DNA of 64,000 nucleotides from the human T2T-CHM13v2.0 reference genome, Homo sapiens: NCBI RefSeq assembly GCF_009914755.1, contig NC_060938.1; one strand, given 5' to 3'. Under the pieces are notes generated by a model, which saw only the letters and a program-made list of their open reading frames with translations, ran no database searches and was not told the origin of the DNA. This document shows positions 50,553 to 64,000 of the stretch, in pieces. The translations under genes were made by a program, and so were the position numbers. Position 1 is the first letter of the stretch. Every line of letters starts with the position of its first letter.

Positions 50553-51867
50553 AAGAGAGAAAGAAAGAAGGATATATATTCATAAACATATTTTCCTTAA
50601 GAAAGATTTTATTATATATAGTACATAGCATATATACTGTATATTATATCCCATAAACTCTCTTTTTACACACACACACACGCACACACACACATACTGC
50701 TCATGTAGATTGTATGTGTAGATAGATAAGATGCATAAACATATTCATAAAAGTTTACTTTTTAGAATATCAGGAATCATAAGAACAGGACTTGTAAATT
50801 TCATGGAAAGTTTTGCATATATTGTATTATTCTAGAAAGAGGGAATTAATTGTAATTCAGTATCCATCACTGATGAACCTGATTATGGAACTTTAAGAAC
50901 CCTTTTCTAACTACATGTTTAGACTTGTCTACAAATCTTAATCTAGCACTTTCACTTAATATAGCGTGAGGAAAACCCACATTATACTTATCAACCCTGT
51001 TTGCATATCCATCAACCAAATAATCCTGCAGTAGCATAGTTGTTTACCTACACTGTTTCACTCTCCAAAATGTGGGATTATGCCTCAGGTATGGTTCTAA
51101 AAACAACTTCATGAGTTGAATGTCCAAGTCATTAGACTTAGAGTGGGACAATATGAACCCTAGTCTTAGGTGTGCCATGCATGAGCAGTGTACTCTGGTC
51201 AGATAAGTTTCCAGGTGATACAACAAGGCAGTTTAAATGAAGACAGTAATGTTGCTATAGAGGACATCTTCATGGTTTAGTAGAATTTTCAGTGATGAAT
51301 ACTAAAGGCAGGAGACACAGACTTCGATAACACAGAGTGTGGAGGGAAAGTATACTACACTTCTTAAGGTGTTTTGTAAAATGGATTTCCTGCCCTAATC
51401 CGCCTAAGTTATTATACAAATACATGCTTGACCAGAGTATTTCCTCAATGTTGAAATTACATGGAAACAGGTGGATTTAGTTCCCAGGAGTAGATGATGA
51501 CCTTTACAGTATCTTACAAGGACCACTCAAGGCCTTGTTTGCTACATGGAATGACTACATGCCTACAATTTCCTTTCTTTCTTTCTTTTTTTCTACTGTT
51601 TCAAACACAGCTACATATTTTAAGAGAAATTTGTGCTGAATGTGATACCACCTGTGCCAGGTACTTTTTTCTGGTTGGACCACTCAAGGCGATGGCTTCT
51701 TTTGCTTATTTTTTTTTTTTGTCTTTATTTCAAATACATAACTGGTAATAGACTGGCAGTGTTTAGCCAGGTAGAGACCCAGTTCTTTGTGGAGAAGTTC
51801 ACTGGAAATCGGTAGTTTGCAAAAGAGAAAGCTCAGCACTTGGGCCTATTTTTTTTTTCATTTTTTA

Positions 51868-52133
51868 ACCTTTATTTTAGATTGGTTTGTTACCGGGGTA
51901 TATTGTGTGATATTTAGGTTACAGGTGCAAATGATTCCATCACCCAGATACTGAACATAGTACCCGACAGCTAGTTTTTCAGTCCTTCCCCCTCACATCT
52001 TTCCTCCCTCTAGTTGTCCCCGGGGTCTATTGCTGCCAGCTTTATGTCCATGAGTACCTAATGTTTAGCTCCCACTTATAAGTGGAAATATGTGGTTTTT
52101 GGTTTTCTGTTCCCTCATTATTTCACTTAGGAT
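51868..52133 (-). mobile_element. L1PA13-16-like 3' end fragment
   Basis: catcacccagatactgaacatagtacccgacag...gctcccacttataagtg. Confidence 0.85.
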
Positions 52134-52487
52134 ACAAGTTCTTGGAATTGCTTTATTTTGTTTCATTCCTTGAGCTAAAATATTTGGCTTAATTATCTTA
52201 CCTGACTTATTCCTGATTTGAAACAAATGAGTCGCTTTAGTCAGGCACTCAGTAGAGCCCTAGCAAAGTGAAAATGACCACCACGCTGGGCGACCAAGAG
52301 AAAAAGGAACTGCGTCATGGGCAGATTGGTAAGGTTATATTATGAACAAAGGGAAGATAGAATTATTAAACATCTCCCTACAATGAGGGAGCGTGAACGC
52401 AGGTCATTTGGAAGCTGAAATAGTTATATTTTAAAAATATCAAAGCATTCTTAATTTCTTTATTTATGAGAAGGAGATAGAATTCTT

Positions 52488-52806
52488 TTTATTTTTATTT
52501 ATTTATTTTGTTGTTGTTGTTTTTGTTGAGAAGGAGTCTCACTCTGTGGTCCAGGCTGCAGTACAGTGGCGCGATCTCGGCTCACTGCAAGCTCCGCCTC
52601 CCGGGTTCACGCCATTCTCCTGCCTCAGCCTCCGAGTAGCTGGGACTACAGGCGCCCGCCACCACGCCGTGCTAATTTTTTGTAATTTAGTGGAAACGGG
52701 GTTTCACCGTGTTAGCCAGGATGGTCTGGACCTCCTGACCTCATGATCCGCCCGCCTCGGCCTCCCAAAGTGCTGGGATTACAGGCGTGAGCCATCGCGC
52801 CCGACG
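52488..52806 (-). mobile_element. AluY
   Basis: gcaagctccgcctcccgggttcacgcc; TSD GGAGATAGAATTCTT at 52473-52487 and 52807-52821. Confidence 0.95.
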
Positions 52807-53277
52807 GGAGATAGAATTCTTATAGCTTTTAAAATGTCTTGATGATTTGATTTTCAAAAGAAAGCTATACTTCACACCACTAGTAAAAATCTGGAAATAA
52901 TGTATTACCTTTAAAGACTGCCAGAGTAAGAGATATAAAAAGACTCAAACTGAATTTAGGTAAACATCAAGATATCAGTGTCATAACTTGATTGAAGTGC
53001 CCTGGGTAAGGCAAACTGCTGAAGGCGAAATGGATGTTATTTAGTGCAGTGATTCTATTGTTTAAGGGTAGGAGTTGTCAAGAAGGTTAGTGTGGGTTGA
53101 GGGTTTGTCTAGGCAGGCTGCCGCAGAGGACCAGTGCAACCTGGTGGCAGAATGAAAGAGTATGGTGCTACTTACTATGTGATTTTTTTCAGCTGTGTCC
53201 CTAGTCATCAGTGATAGCCCAGAATTTGCATAATACTTTGCATTAGGCTATATTGCTCACAGCACATATATTTTAAT

Positions 53278-53571
53278 TGTGTGTGTGTGTGTGTGTGTGT
53301 TTTTTCTTAGACAGAGTCTCGCTCTTGTTGCCCGGGCTGGAGTGCAATGGCGCGATCTTGGCTCACTGCAACCTCCACCTCCCGGGTTAAGCGATTCTCC
53401 TGCCTCAGCCTCTCAAGTAGCTGGGATTACAGGCACCCGCCACTATGCCTGGCTAATTTTTGTATTTTTAGTAGAGACGGGGTTTCACCATGTTGGTAAG
53501 GCTGGTCTCGAACTCCTGACCTCAGGTGATCCACCTGCCTCGGCCTCCCAAAATGCTGGGATTGTGGGTGT
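53278..53571 (-). mobile_element. AluSq/Sx-like element with (TG)n tail, 5' end clipped
   Basis: Alu body to ...gctgggattgtgggtgt; terminal ~18 nt missing. Confidence 0.92.
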
Positions 53572-53627
53572 AAATAAAGAAAGTTATAAATCACAGCTAT
53601 CATAAAAAGAGACCTAAAGAACTAATA

Positions 53628-53628
<1 letters not shown>

Positions 53629-53666
<38 letters not shown>
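53629..53666. repeat. (CA)n microsatellite, about 19 units
   Basis: Direct reading of the sequence. Confidence 0.95.
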
Positions 53667-53668
<2 letters not shown>

Positions 53669-54626
53669 TGATATCTGATCATTTCATCTACCTAGAGAAA
53701 AACTGGAAAAAAACCTTATGAAAGAACTAAATCAAGCCCACATTTACTCTCATAAAAGGATTAATTTTTTTCCTCACAAGCTAGACTGTGTATAGTGGAT
53801 TCAACACACTATATGATTTTCATTCAAATACTGTCAGAAATGAAAAATCGCACCAAACACAGACGAGTAAGTCATCTATACATCTGCATTGAGATTTAAA
53901 TAAGTTTAGGCAAAGTTTACAAAACCAATTTATTACCCATTTTCTTAGAAATGAGGATGGTTTGAGATGGAGTTCATCAGTCCAAACAAGATCCTTGTAT
54001 AGCATATTTGGATCCTGCAGGAAAAGTTTTGCCTAATTTTATTTCAAATTTAAGAAAAACACATCATTCAGAAGTCCACAGTCTCTTAAATCTGTTCTAT
54101 TTTTTTCGTTACGTGTACCTCAACATACTAGACCTATATATGCTAAGGCTTAAAAGAAAATTCTCCTTTTGGCTCAAGGTGCTCACCCACCATCTGGAAC
54201 TATTTCCCAAGCTTCATCCATTATGCAAATGAGATTTAGGATCCATCATGTTTCATCTACTGGTACTAATACATTAATGTTGGATGTTACGGCGTGAGCC
54301 CCCAGCAGACATTGGCTTTTCATCAGTCATTGGCTTGAGCTCACAGCTCATTACTTTTAATGGCTTTGTGGCACTTAAGGTCACTGGGCTCCTAACTGCT
54401 GCTGCCTAGGGTGTTATCAATTAAAGCAGTTTTCTCTATTTAAGTGAAGCATTTTTTCCCATTTTCTTTCTTTCTTCTTTTTAAGTTTAATTTTTTTTTT
54501 TGTCTCTCTGGAAATCCCACTACTTGAGAATAGATTATGATGGTTTAATTGAATAAATAGGGCTGTTTTCAGAAATTTGGGAAAACAAAACGATTTCTGG
54601 AAAGAGTTTAAAGAAGAAAAAGTCCA

Positions 54627-54936
54627 CAGTAGGCCCTTAGTATTTGCTGGTTCCACGTCTTTGGATTCAACCAACCATGGGCTGAAAATAATTGAAAAAA
54701 CAAAACAATAAAAATAATATAACAATAAAAATAACACAAATTTAAAAATACTGTGTAGCAACTATTTATATAGCATTCACATTTAGGTATTACAAGTAAT
54801 CCAGAGATAATTTAAAGAATGTGAGATTGTAAGATATATCTAAATATTATTTTTTACATAAGTGACTTGAGCATCCATGGATTTTTGGATCTGGCTAACT
54901 CGGAATCAGTCCCACATGGATACCAAGAGAAGACTG
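54627..54936 (-). mobile_element. MER2 (Tigger family)
   Basis: CAGT...ggattcaaccaacc...gacttgagcatccatggattttt...GACTG termini. Confidence 0.85.
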
Positions 54937-55040
54937 TGGATACATATAGATATAGAGATGTATATTTATACACATACATATGTGCCTATATATACAAATA
55001 TATATATATACATATTTATATATATTTACGCAAATACACA

Positions 55041-55406
55041 CAGATGCTTCTTGACTTATGATTGGGTTATGTTGCAATAAGCATATCATAAATTGAAAAT
55101 AGCATAAGCAAGCAATGAGCCTAATCTGCCAAACCTACTGAACATCATAGATTAGCATAGCCTACCTTATATGTACTCAGAACACTTTATTAGCCTACAG
55201 TTGGGCAAAATCATCTAACACAAAGCCTATTTTATAATAAACTGTTGTTGATCTCATGTAATTTATTGAATACGCTGCTGAAAGTGAAAAACAGGATGGT
55301 TGTATGGGTACTTAAAGTGCAGTTTCTACTGAATGTATATTACCTTTGCACCACTGTAAAGTCAAAAAGTTGTTATGTGGAAGCATTGTAAGTCAGGGAC
55401 TATCTA
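55041..55406 (+). mobile_element. MER47A-like (Tigger family)
   Basis: CAGATGCTTCTTGACTTATG...ttagcctacagttgggcaaaatcatctaacacaaagcct...gtaagtcagggactatct. Confidence 0.85.
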
Positions 55407-55464
55407 TATAAGCTTTTATAGCAATTTTTAATTGCCCCTCTTAAAAGTGTGCTTCCTTTTAAGA

Positions 55465-55690
55465 TAGTGCAGTGATTAGTTTTAACATAGTGTAACAGCT
55501 TAGTTAACTACTGGCTCCTCTACTTCCTAACTCTGTGAGTTTAGGAAAGTTACTTCATCTCTCTGTGCCTCATTTTCGTTATCTTTAAAATGGGAATAGT
55601 AGAAGTTAAATGATATGTGTGTAATGAGAATTAAATGAATTAAGTACATAAACACTCCAGCACACAATATCTGCTAAAAATGTGATTGTT
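55465..55690 (+). mobile_element. MIR
   Basis: aagttacttcatctctctgtgcctcattttcgttatctttaaaatgggaata. Confidence 0.75.
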
Positions 55691-55739
55691 GAATAATATT
55701 AAATTGATAATGACAATGTACACATTTAAAAATAATTTT

Positions 55740-57310
55740 AAAAACACAGTTAAATGTTAATAAAATTTCAAACTATTATGTAAATTCATTAAATAATTGA
55801 CAAATAAGAAAAGCATCTGTACTTAATGCTGAGCATAAATATTAATAAAAGTTCGATTCTCAAAAAAATCATTTATACAAATACTAATTTAGAAAACCTC
55901 ATTAGACTGATGGTCATTATTTACACATACATATATATTTTTAAGAACACTATAAAGAGGAGCTACATCTGGACAACACTACAATCATTTCCTCTGAAGA
56001 AACAGAAAATTATGTGCAAACATTTCCAAACACAGCTTCAGTGTGTATCTATGTTGTTGTGTACCAATATTACATAAATATAGATGCAAAAATCCCAAAA
56101 CAAATTAACAAACCAAATCTAGCATCGTGTTAAAATAATACCATGATGAATTTGAGTATATTCCAGGAATATAGTAATAATTTAATAACGACAAAACAGT
56201 AATGTCATTCATTATACTGTAAGAAACAGGAGCAATAAATAGTGTTAGTACTTGCCATCCAAGATGCCATCCTAAGCAGGTGAATTTACCTTCCCTCCCT
56301 TACCAAATCCCATTGATACAGCAGAATACACATAAAACTTACATTAGTAAAGCACTGGAAACCAGGAATAGATATCCCAAACAGAGCAGAAATTTAAGGG
56401 ATGGTAAAGTACAAAGCCACAGCAGAAGAAAGAAAGGTAAATATTGATATATTTGATAGAAAACACATTCAAAAATTATTTAATGCCAGAAAAACATAAG
56501 CCATGTTAATGGGAAATAAATAACTCAGAAAAATATTTGCAATTTTTATAACAAAGGATTTTCTTTTTGTATAAAATCATTTACTAATAAGAAGCTCTCT
56601 AACAGACACAGCTGGTCTCACTGAAGAGGAACTATATACTTCAGTGAAAAAAAAAAAAACATGCTCTGAGCTCCTAACATTCACAATGACTCACAAAGCA
56701 ACACACACACAAACACGTATGTGCATGCACGCATACACACACACACACACGCTACATACACACAGGCCCTTGCAAATGCCCCAATACAATCACATACAAC
56801 AGTATCTTAAAAATTACTCAACATTACCAATCAATTGTAAATTAAAACAAGGCAATATGTTTTTTTCAACCCACTTAACAAAAAGAAAAGAAAAGAATTA
56901 TGCAGGATAAAAAAAAATTTTTGGAGAAAATGAGTTATCACAATTTCTGATTATATACATATACATAAAAATTTTGAAAGTAAAGCAAAATATTAAATAT
57001 TCTGACACTGGATTTTCACTTTTAGAAACTTGCCTGAAGAAATGTGTCTGGATAAATATATAAGATTTTTTAATAGAAAACATTGGAATATATTTCAACC
57101 TCCAAAATTAGGAGATATGATGTTAATATATTATGATACTTCAATGCCATAAAATGTTATGCAATCACTGATGTGATGGAGTAGATATTTAATTACCTAC
57201 ATGAAAGATTTCCTTATTAGAGGGTTAAGTAAAATATATGGTATCTTTAAGTCCTAATACTTACAATATTAAGCAAAATAAAAGGTTGTAAGACAATATC
57301 TATATTATCT
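55740..57310 (+). mobile_element. Fragmented old L1M(E) remnants
   Basis: aaatatagatgcaaaaatcccaaaac...tattccaggaat; aaaatatttgcaa; A-rich sense L1 composition. Confidence 0.5.
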
Positions 57311-57407
57311 TACATATAAAGGTGATTCTCATGATTTTATTACTTACGTTCTATAAAGTCACTGGAAACACTAAATTAGTGAATAGGAACTGCTGCTTAT
57401 GGGGGAA

Positions 57408-57893
57408 TGTGTTAGTCTGGATTCTTTAAAGAAACAGAATAAATAAACTGATATAAAGGGAGAGAGAAAGAGAGAGAGAGAGAGATTTACTATGAGGAAT
57501 TTACTCATGCAATTATGAAGGCTGAGAAATCCAAGATCTTCATCCAGTAATCTGGAGACCAGGAGAGCAGATGGTAGAGTTGCAGTTCAAATCTGATAGC
57601 CTGAGAATCAGGAGAGCTAATGGTGTAAGTTCCAGTCCAAGTCGAAGTATAAAGGCAAGAGAAGAACAATGTCCCTGCTTGAAGACAGTCAGGCAGAGAG
57701 AAATAATTCTTTTTTAGACAGCCTTTTATTCTATTCAGGCCTCAAGTATTGGATGAGGCCCACCTACATTCTGAAGTGGAATCTTTTTTATTCAGTCTAC
57801 AGATTCAAATGTTAATCTTACCCGGAAACACCCAGAGAGACACATCCAGAAATAATATTTAACCAAATATCTAGGCATCCAGTGGCCTGGTCA
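57408..57893 (-). mobile_element. MLT2 (D-like) solo LTR nested in the MER82-like element
   Basis: TGTGTTAGTC...gaaggctgagaaatcc...; TSD GGGAA at 57403-57407 and 57894-57898. Confidence 0.87.
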
Positions 57894-58158
57894 GGGAAAT
57901 ATGTGGCTAGGTTTCTTCTAGTCACATTTTCATTAACTAATCCATATCTAACCTTTTATGTATGTGTTTCTGTTTAAAGACACTTTACTTCACATATATT
58001 GTTGATTCATTATTTAATTTATAACCAATGACACTATAACTCATACTAAAAGAAGCTCAGACACATATTTTCTCTGTAAGGTACATCTCGGCCTTCTTAT
58101 GCTTAAGACAAACTAGACAGCACTTCAGCAGGGTGCTTGGGAGTTATTTTAAAGAGTG

Positions 58159-58417
<259 letters not shown>

Positions 58418-59360
58418 CTAATCAACAAAAAGAAAAACAAGTGAAAAACTTGGCACAAAATAGATTTTGGAAAGAACAAGAACGCTTGTTTATAGTGTGA
58501 GAGCTGAAACTGAAAGGCAGAGTGTAGTCTTGTTGGACCTCAGCTGGGAACATATGTGTAAGGCGACTTGAATTTTTCACCATTTTGCAGGAGTTCGTGA
58601 ATGACCGTGAAAGCACCATGAATATTGATTTGGGGGTTAGAAATAAATTTTAGCAAGTTGAAAAATTTTCACATGTGGAATTTGAATATTGAGGATCAAC
58701 TGTATGTATTTGTATTTTTTTATAGAACTGACACAATATCTCAATTTAAACTAGATTCGGTTAAAAATTATTACATCACAAAATAGGAAAATTCATGGTT
58801 TAAAACTTGCTTCAGGTATAGGAAACTTGAGACAACACAAAAAAAAGTTGTTATTTTTAGAAGGTCACATCATGGAGAAAATATATTCCTAGCCTTCAGT
58901 ATTCGAGGAAAATAATAGAGTAAAACAATTTCTTTTCTGCCTTCAAACAGAAGAATGAAACATATCTAAAAACAGCAGGAAATTGAACTACAGATAAAAA
59001 TAAAAGAAAATGGACCCTTGGATAAATTTCCAACAAATAAGAGAATCTAATGCTGCTGAACTTGAAAATTAACTTTTACTACAATATATTTTTATTTTAC
59101 TCCATGCCCCAAGTTCATGAATTGCAGGAATCTATGGCATCAATTCTCTGAGTCATTTTTATATCATTTCTGGGGGGCACATCCTAAGGGATATATAGGA
59201 CTGGCAACACAGAGCTGTTTTAAGAAACAATCCAATGAAAAACACAGGAAAACACTTTAGAAATTGTTTTTCAAATACTCTACAATATTATTTGTTATTG
59301 CATTTGTTTAACATGCCCAAGGCAGACCTACATCTTAATATGATATCAGTATACTTTTCA

Positions 59361-59870
<510 letters not shown>

Positions 59871-60356
59871 AAGTATCATTATGGTTTACTGTGTGGAACT
59901 TTTAAGAAAAGGACACAAACAGCATTTATTCCTTCGTGGAGCAAACATTTCTCATTGCTTGCTGTAGGTCAGGTACTCTGTTAGTCATCTGAGACGCAGT
60001 TTAGCAGAGAGGCAAACAAATTAAGTTGATTGCAGTTTAATATGTACTTTGATGGGGGCAAGTGCAGAAAGCTCTAGATCTATGTATTAGGGGCGTATAC
60101 CTCAGACTTCCAGGGCCAAGGGAAATTGTCCATAAACAGAAATATTGATACCAGCTGTGCAAAATGAGAAGTAGTTTGCCAAACTCACAATAGCTGATGC
60201 TTGGAAGCTGTGAGGGTAGGGACTGATGTCTATGGAATGGCCGGGACCCAGATTTTGAATAGGGGAGTGCTGAGAACTGAGACTGAAGGTTGATGTGGGT
60301 CTTCTATCCTGACGACAATGTAAGATTTTAAGATAGGAAACTAGATGATTTAGAAC

Positions 60357-60561
60357 CAGGATCAGCACCCTTTTTCTGTAAAAGGCAGATTGTAAATATT
60401 TTAGGTTTTTGGGGTTACTTATTCAATGTCATCTTTATAGTACAAAGAAACCATAGACAAATACATAAGCAAATGAGCATGAATGTGTTCTAATAGAGCT
60501 TTATTTACAAAAACAGGTGGCTGACTGGTTTGGGGCCATGGCCATAGTTTGACAACCACTG
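60357..60561. mobile_element. MER58A (hAT-Charlie)
   Basis: CAGG...tttttctgtaaaaggcagattgtaaatattttagg...ccatagtttgacaaccACTG. Confidence 0.85.
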
Positions 60562-60569
60562 AACATGAA

Positions 60570-61010
60570 GTTTACTATGACTGAAGGATGAAGCATGGAT
60601 TTAAGAGAGGCGAGGATGGGGGCAGAGAGTGAAGATTCAAGTGCAAAAGTCTTAACTAAGAGAATAGCACGCAGGGCTGGGTAGAAGAAGAGGCTGAATA
60701 TAGAAAATATTCGGGATTTTTAAAATGCAGGAATTGGTGATATGAAGGATGTAAATGGACGTGATGGATGCAGGTTAAGGATGATTGGGACACTGAGAAG
60801 ATGGTACTATTCTTTGAGACAACAAACAACGGCTGGAGCAGGACTGCTGTCAATGACAGAGGAATGATTTCAATTGTAGACAAGTTGGAATCTAAAGGCC
60901 ATGACATATGAGTTGAGAGTGTTGATGTCTAATAAGTCAGACACTCAGAGCAGAGATTTGGAGTGCAGAAGTGACTTAGACATTTCTCCTTTGGAGTTTT
61001 CCTGTCTATA
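60570..61010 (-). mobile_element. L2 remnant
   Basis: Antisense L2-like phrases (ggaattggtgatatg; ctcagagcagagatttggagt). Confidence 0.45.
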
Positions 61011-61428
61011 GAAATACTGGGACCAAAAAATTTCTAAACACATTTTTTAAAAAAATAAATAAATCACAACACCATCAAAGAGTGAAACCTTTATTCTGTT
61101 GCACATCAGTGTGAGAAAGTTGGTAAAGACAGCCTTCACTGAGAAACTATTTGAAATATTGAATGGCATAGAGTTAAAAAAAGATTTTGCATTGCTGTAA
61201 AATAAAATACTGTAGAATAGAGTACGCGAGGACTTTTTTTCCTCTCTAAACTTTACAATGCTAAGATGATCTTGTAACTATTACAAACCTCACATAATAA
61301 ATTAGGAATGTTAAACTGTAATTATTTCCCATGGATTCAATCTGAAAGTGTCAGCTTGATGGTTCTGTACTTAATTAAAGCAGCCCAACTATTTCACTGA
61401 CAGGCAGCTTTAGATATTGAGGTAAAGG

Positions 61429-61738
61429 GTTTTTTTTTTTTTAGATGTAGTCTCGCTCTGTCGCCAGGCTGGAGTGCAGTAGTGTGATCTCGGCTCACTG
61501 CGCGATCTCAGCTCACTGCCACCTCCGCCTCCTGGTTTCTCCTGGATTTTCCTGCCTCAGCCTCCCGAGTAGCTGGGACTACAGCCGCACACCACCACGC
61601 CCGGCTATTTTTTGTATTTTTAGTTGAGACGGGGTTTCATTATGTTGGCCAGCATGGTCTCGATCTCTTTACCTCGTGATCTGCCCACCTCGGCCTCCCA
61701 AAGTGCTGGAATTACAGGCATGAGCCACCGCGCCCGGC
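61429..61738 (-). mobile_element. AluSc-like element with an internal 18-bp duplication
   Basis: TSD GAGGTAAAGG at 61419-61428 and 61740-61749; duplication at 61484-61519. Confidence 0.93.
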
Positions 61739-61867
61739 GGAGGTAAAGGTTTTTAAGCCAAAGATGAGAAAATAAGGGGTTCTCTCAATGATAATTTCTG
61801 TGTTTGACATTAATATAATGCTCACAATATTGATTATTTTATTGTGTATATTCTTTCTTTTTTCTTT

Positions 61868-62183
<316 letters not shown>

Positions 62184-64000
62184 TCTTTCTTTTTTCTTTA
62201 CTTGGGGAAAAGAATATAATTCTCCTAAATAATTTTTCTATAGGTTAGAATTTCACGATAACATGTTGTGATCTCATGAATTTGAGATATACCAGAATGC
62301 AAATTAAAGTTCATTAACACACACTTATATTTAACAAATACCAAAAATATGTATGTTAAGTTTATCCTTGTAAGAGTGTGCAATGAAAACACTTCACCAT
62401 AAAAGTTCACATTTTATTTTAAGTAAGAGAAATAATAGCAATACTCAGGGCCATTTTCCCAACTGCTTGCTGTTTACATTGCAATAGCATTGCACTTTTG
62501 TTAAAAATATAAATGTCATATTCCTAAATATTTTCTCCAGATGTTGTCAATCTTATCACTATTTGACACTTAAAGACATACCTGTGGATATATATTTCCA
62601 AGAGCAACATGTGAAGAGTCAAGAGGAATGTTTCAGCCCATATTAGATTAGAGAACAATACACTATGTTTACCCTCAACGCTCAGTTTCCATTCTCACAT
62701 AGTCTGAGCTAAAAAATCAGTGTTTGTTTTTTAACTCCACAGAAGACAGTCAACTGGTTACTATTTTGTGTAAAATATAAAGCTGCATCTTATAACTTAA
62801 AATTAAAATGTCTGTATAAATAGGAGAAATACATTTTATTTCCAAATATACTTTTATTTTATTCTGAATGTTAATAAAATAAAAGAAGTGAAAAATGACT
62901 ATTAATACACTTAACCATGTACCTAATCTGGTGCTTATTCACTTGGCATGGACTCACCAAGTTGAATTCTATATATGTATAATAAAGACTTGTGCAATCG
63001 ACTAAAATGTTCCATATGGAAGATTAGCATGTCTTGGTGAACATTTTATGATGCTATTAAGTAAAAGTCAATGAACAGAATCAGAAGAAATAAGCTATCT
63101 ATAAATCAAAGAGAAAATTTACAATGTATCAGAAAATAATTTTACCTGATAAATGCACATAAAACATGCCATTAGTGATGTAATTACAACCAGAGTCTAT
63201 GAGTCCTCATTGTTTTTCTACCCCAAGCATAGAGGACTCCATGAATTTTCTATGATCCATGAAACTTCATTATTATGAAGTTATCTTTCACTATATGCTT
63301 CATGTCATTAATTTTTTTAAAATGAAGCTTGGATGTTTCTGACTGTAAGAAAAATTTGAGGGGTATGTGCCATAAAATGGTACCTCTCATAGGACTGTAT
63401 TAAAAATAGCAAAATTTGTGCAACATTGTTCTATTTGTATATTACTTAGTTAAGTAATCAAATTTTTAGTCTTCCTCTAGGCCATCTAAGTCATATGCAA
63501 TCTATACAATCTAGCTAACTAATGAAAACAATTTTAATGTAGACATTACAGCTTCCTGCAGTGAGGTATTCAAACAAAAATCTGACATCTCTTCGAAGAG
63601 TAAAGATTGAATGCCGTTCTTTATGAATTTGTCTCGCATTGGCAGACTAGAAGTTGGAAAAATTGGTGTACCTAAGATACGGAATCTTTAAGAGTTGTGT
63701 GCAAATACTTTTTTCCCTCAATTGGTTTGCTTTAAATTATCTCCTTATTATTTTTTCCTTTCTTAAATTTCACAGAATTCTCCATTTAGTGAAATATTTC
63801 TGAAAGCTTGGAATATGAATTCAGAATGAGAAACAAAACTCTTAAAGTTGAAATACCTCTTTTTGTTTCATTATCTGTCTGAAACAATATAAAATTGAAA
63901 AAGTTGCTGTGAAATATTAACTGTTGCTTATACTTCTATTTGTCTCTTAAATATAATTCATCTGGCAATTATGTATAGAAGCACATGTTGAAATAGGGAT

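Noticed and set aside
63201-63282. Two 8-bp-stem hairpins (GAGTCCTC/GAGGACTC and AACTTCAT/ATGAAGTT)
   Set aside because: Stems this short are expected by chance in 64 kb, and there is no associated breakpoint.

Overview
AT-rich, repeat-dense primate genomic DNA, most likely human: an AluYb8 carrying its diagnostic 7-bp duplication sits at 61868-62183. I find no credible protein-coding gene, RNA gene or CpG island. The ORF track is explained by decayed L1 ORFs, Alu or LTR read-through, or chance. The window is a layered record of transposons: a near full-length old L1MA-type element (about 17.9-23.7 kb), a twin-primed inverted L1PA16-like element with an internally deleted younger L1 nested in it (1-3.3 kb), about 13 Alus, MaLR/ERVL/ERV1 LTRs, Tigger/hAT/mariner DNA elements, and L2, MIR and CR1 remnants. 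Subfamily names come from recalled consensus features and need RepeatMasker/Dfam confirmation. Four structures stand out. (1) A unique-sequence inverted repeat (arms of about 125 and 145 bp) brackets a roughly 1-kb spacer that holds a strong minus-strand exon candidate. (2) An ERV1 LTR fragment looks like an L1-made polyadenylated retrocopy and carries NF-kB, AP-1, CCAAT and TATA motifs. (3) Three overlapping hairpins abut the breakpoint of a 203-bp tandem duplication. (4) An Alu middle A-linker has expanded into a 196-bp pure purine tract. None is demonstrated to be a new biological system; they are testable candidates.
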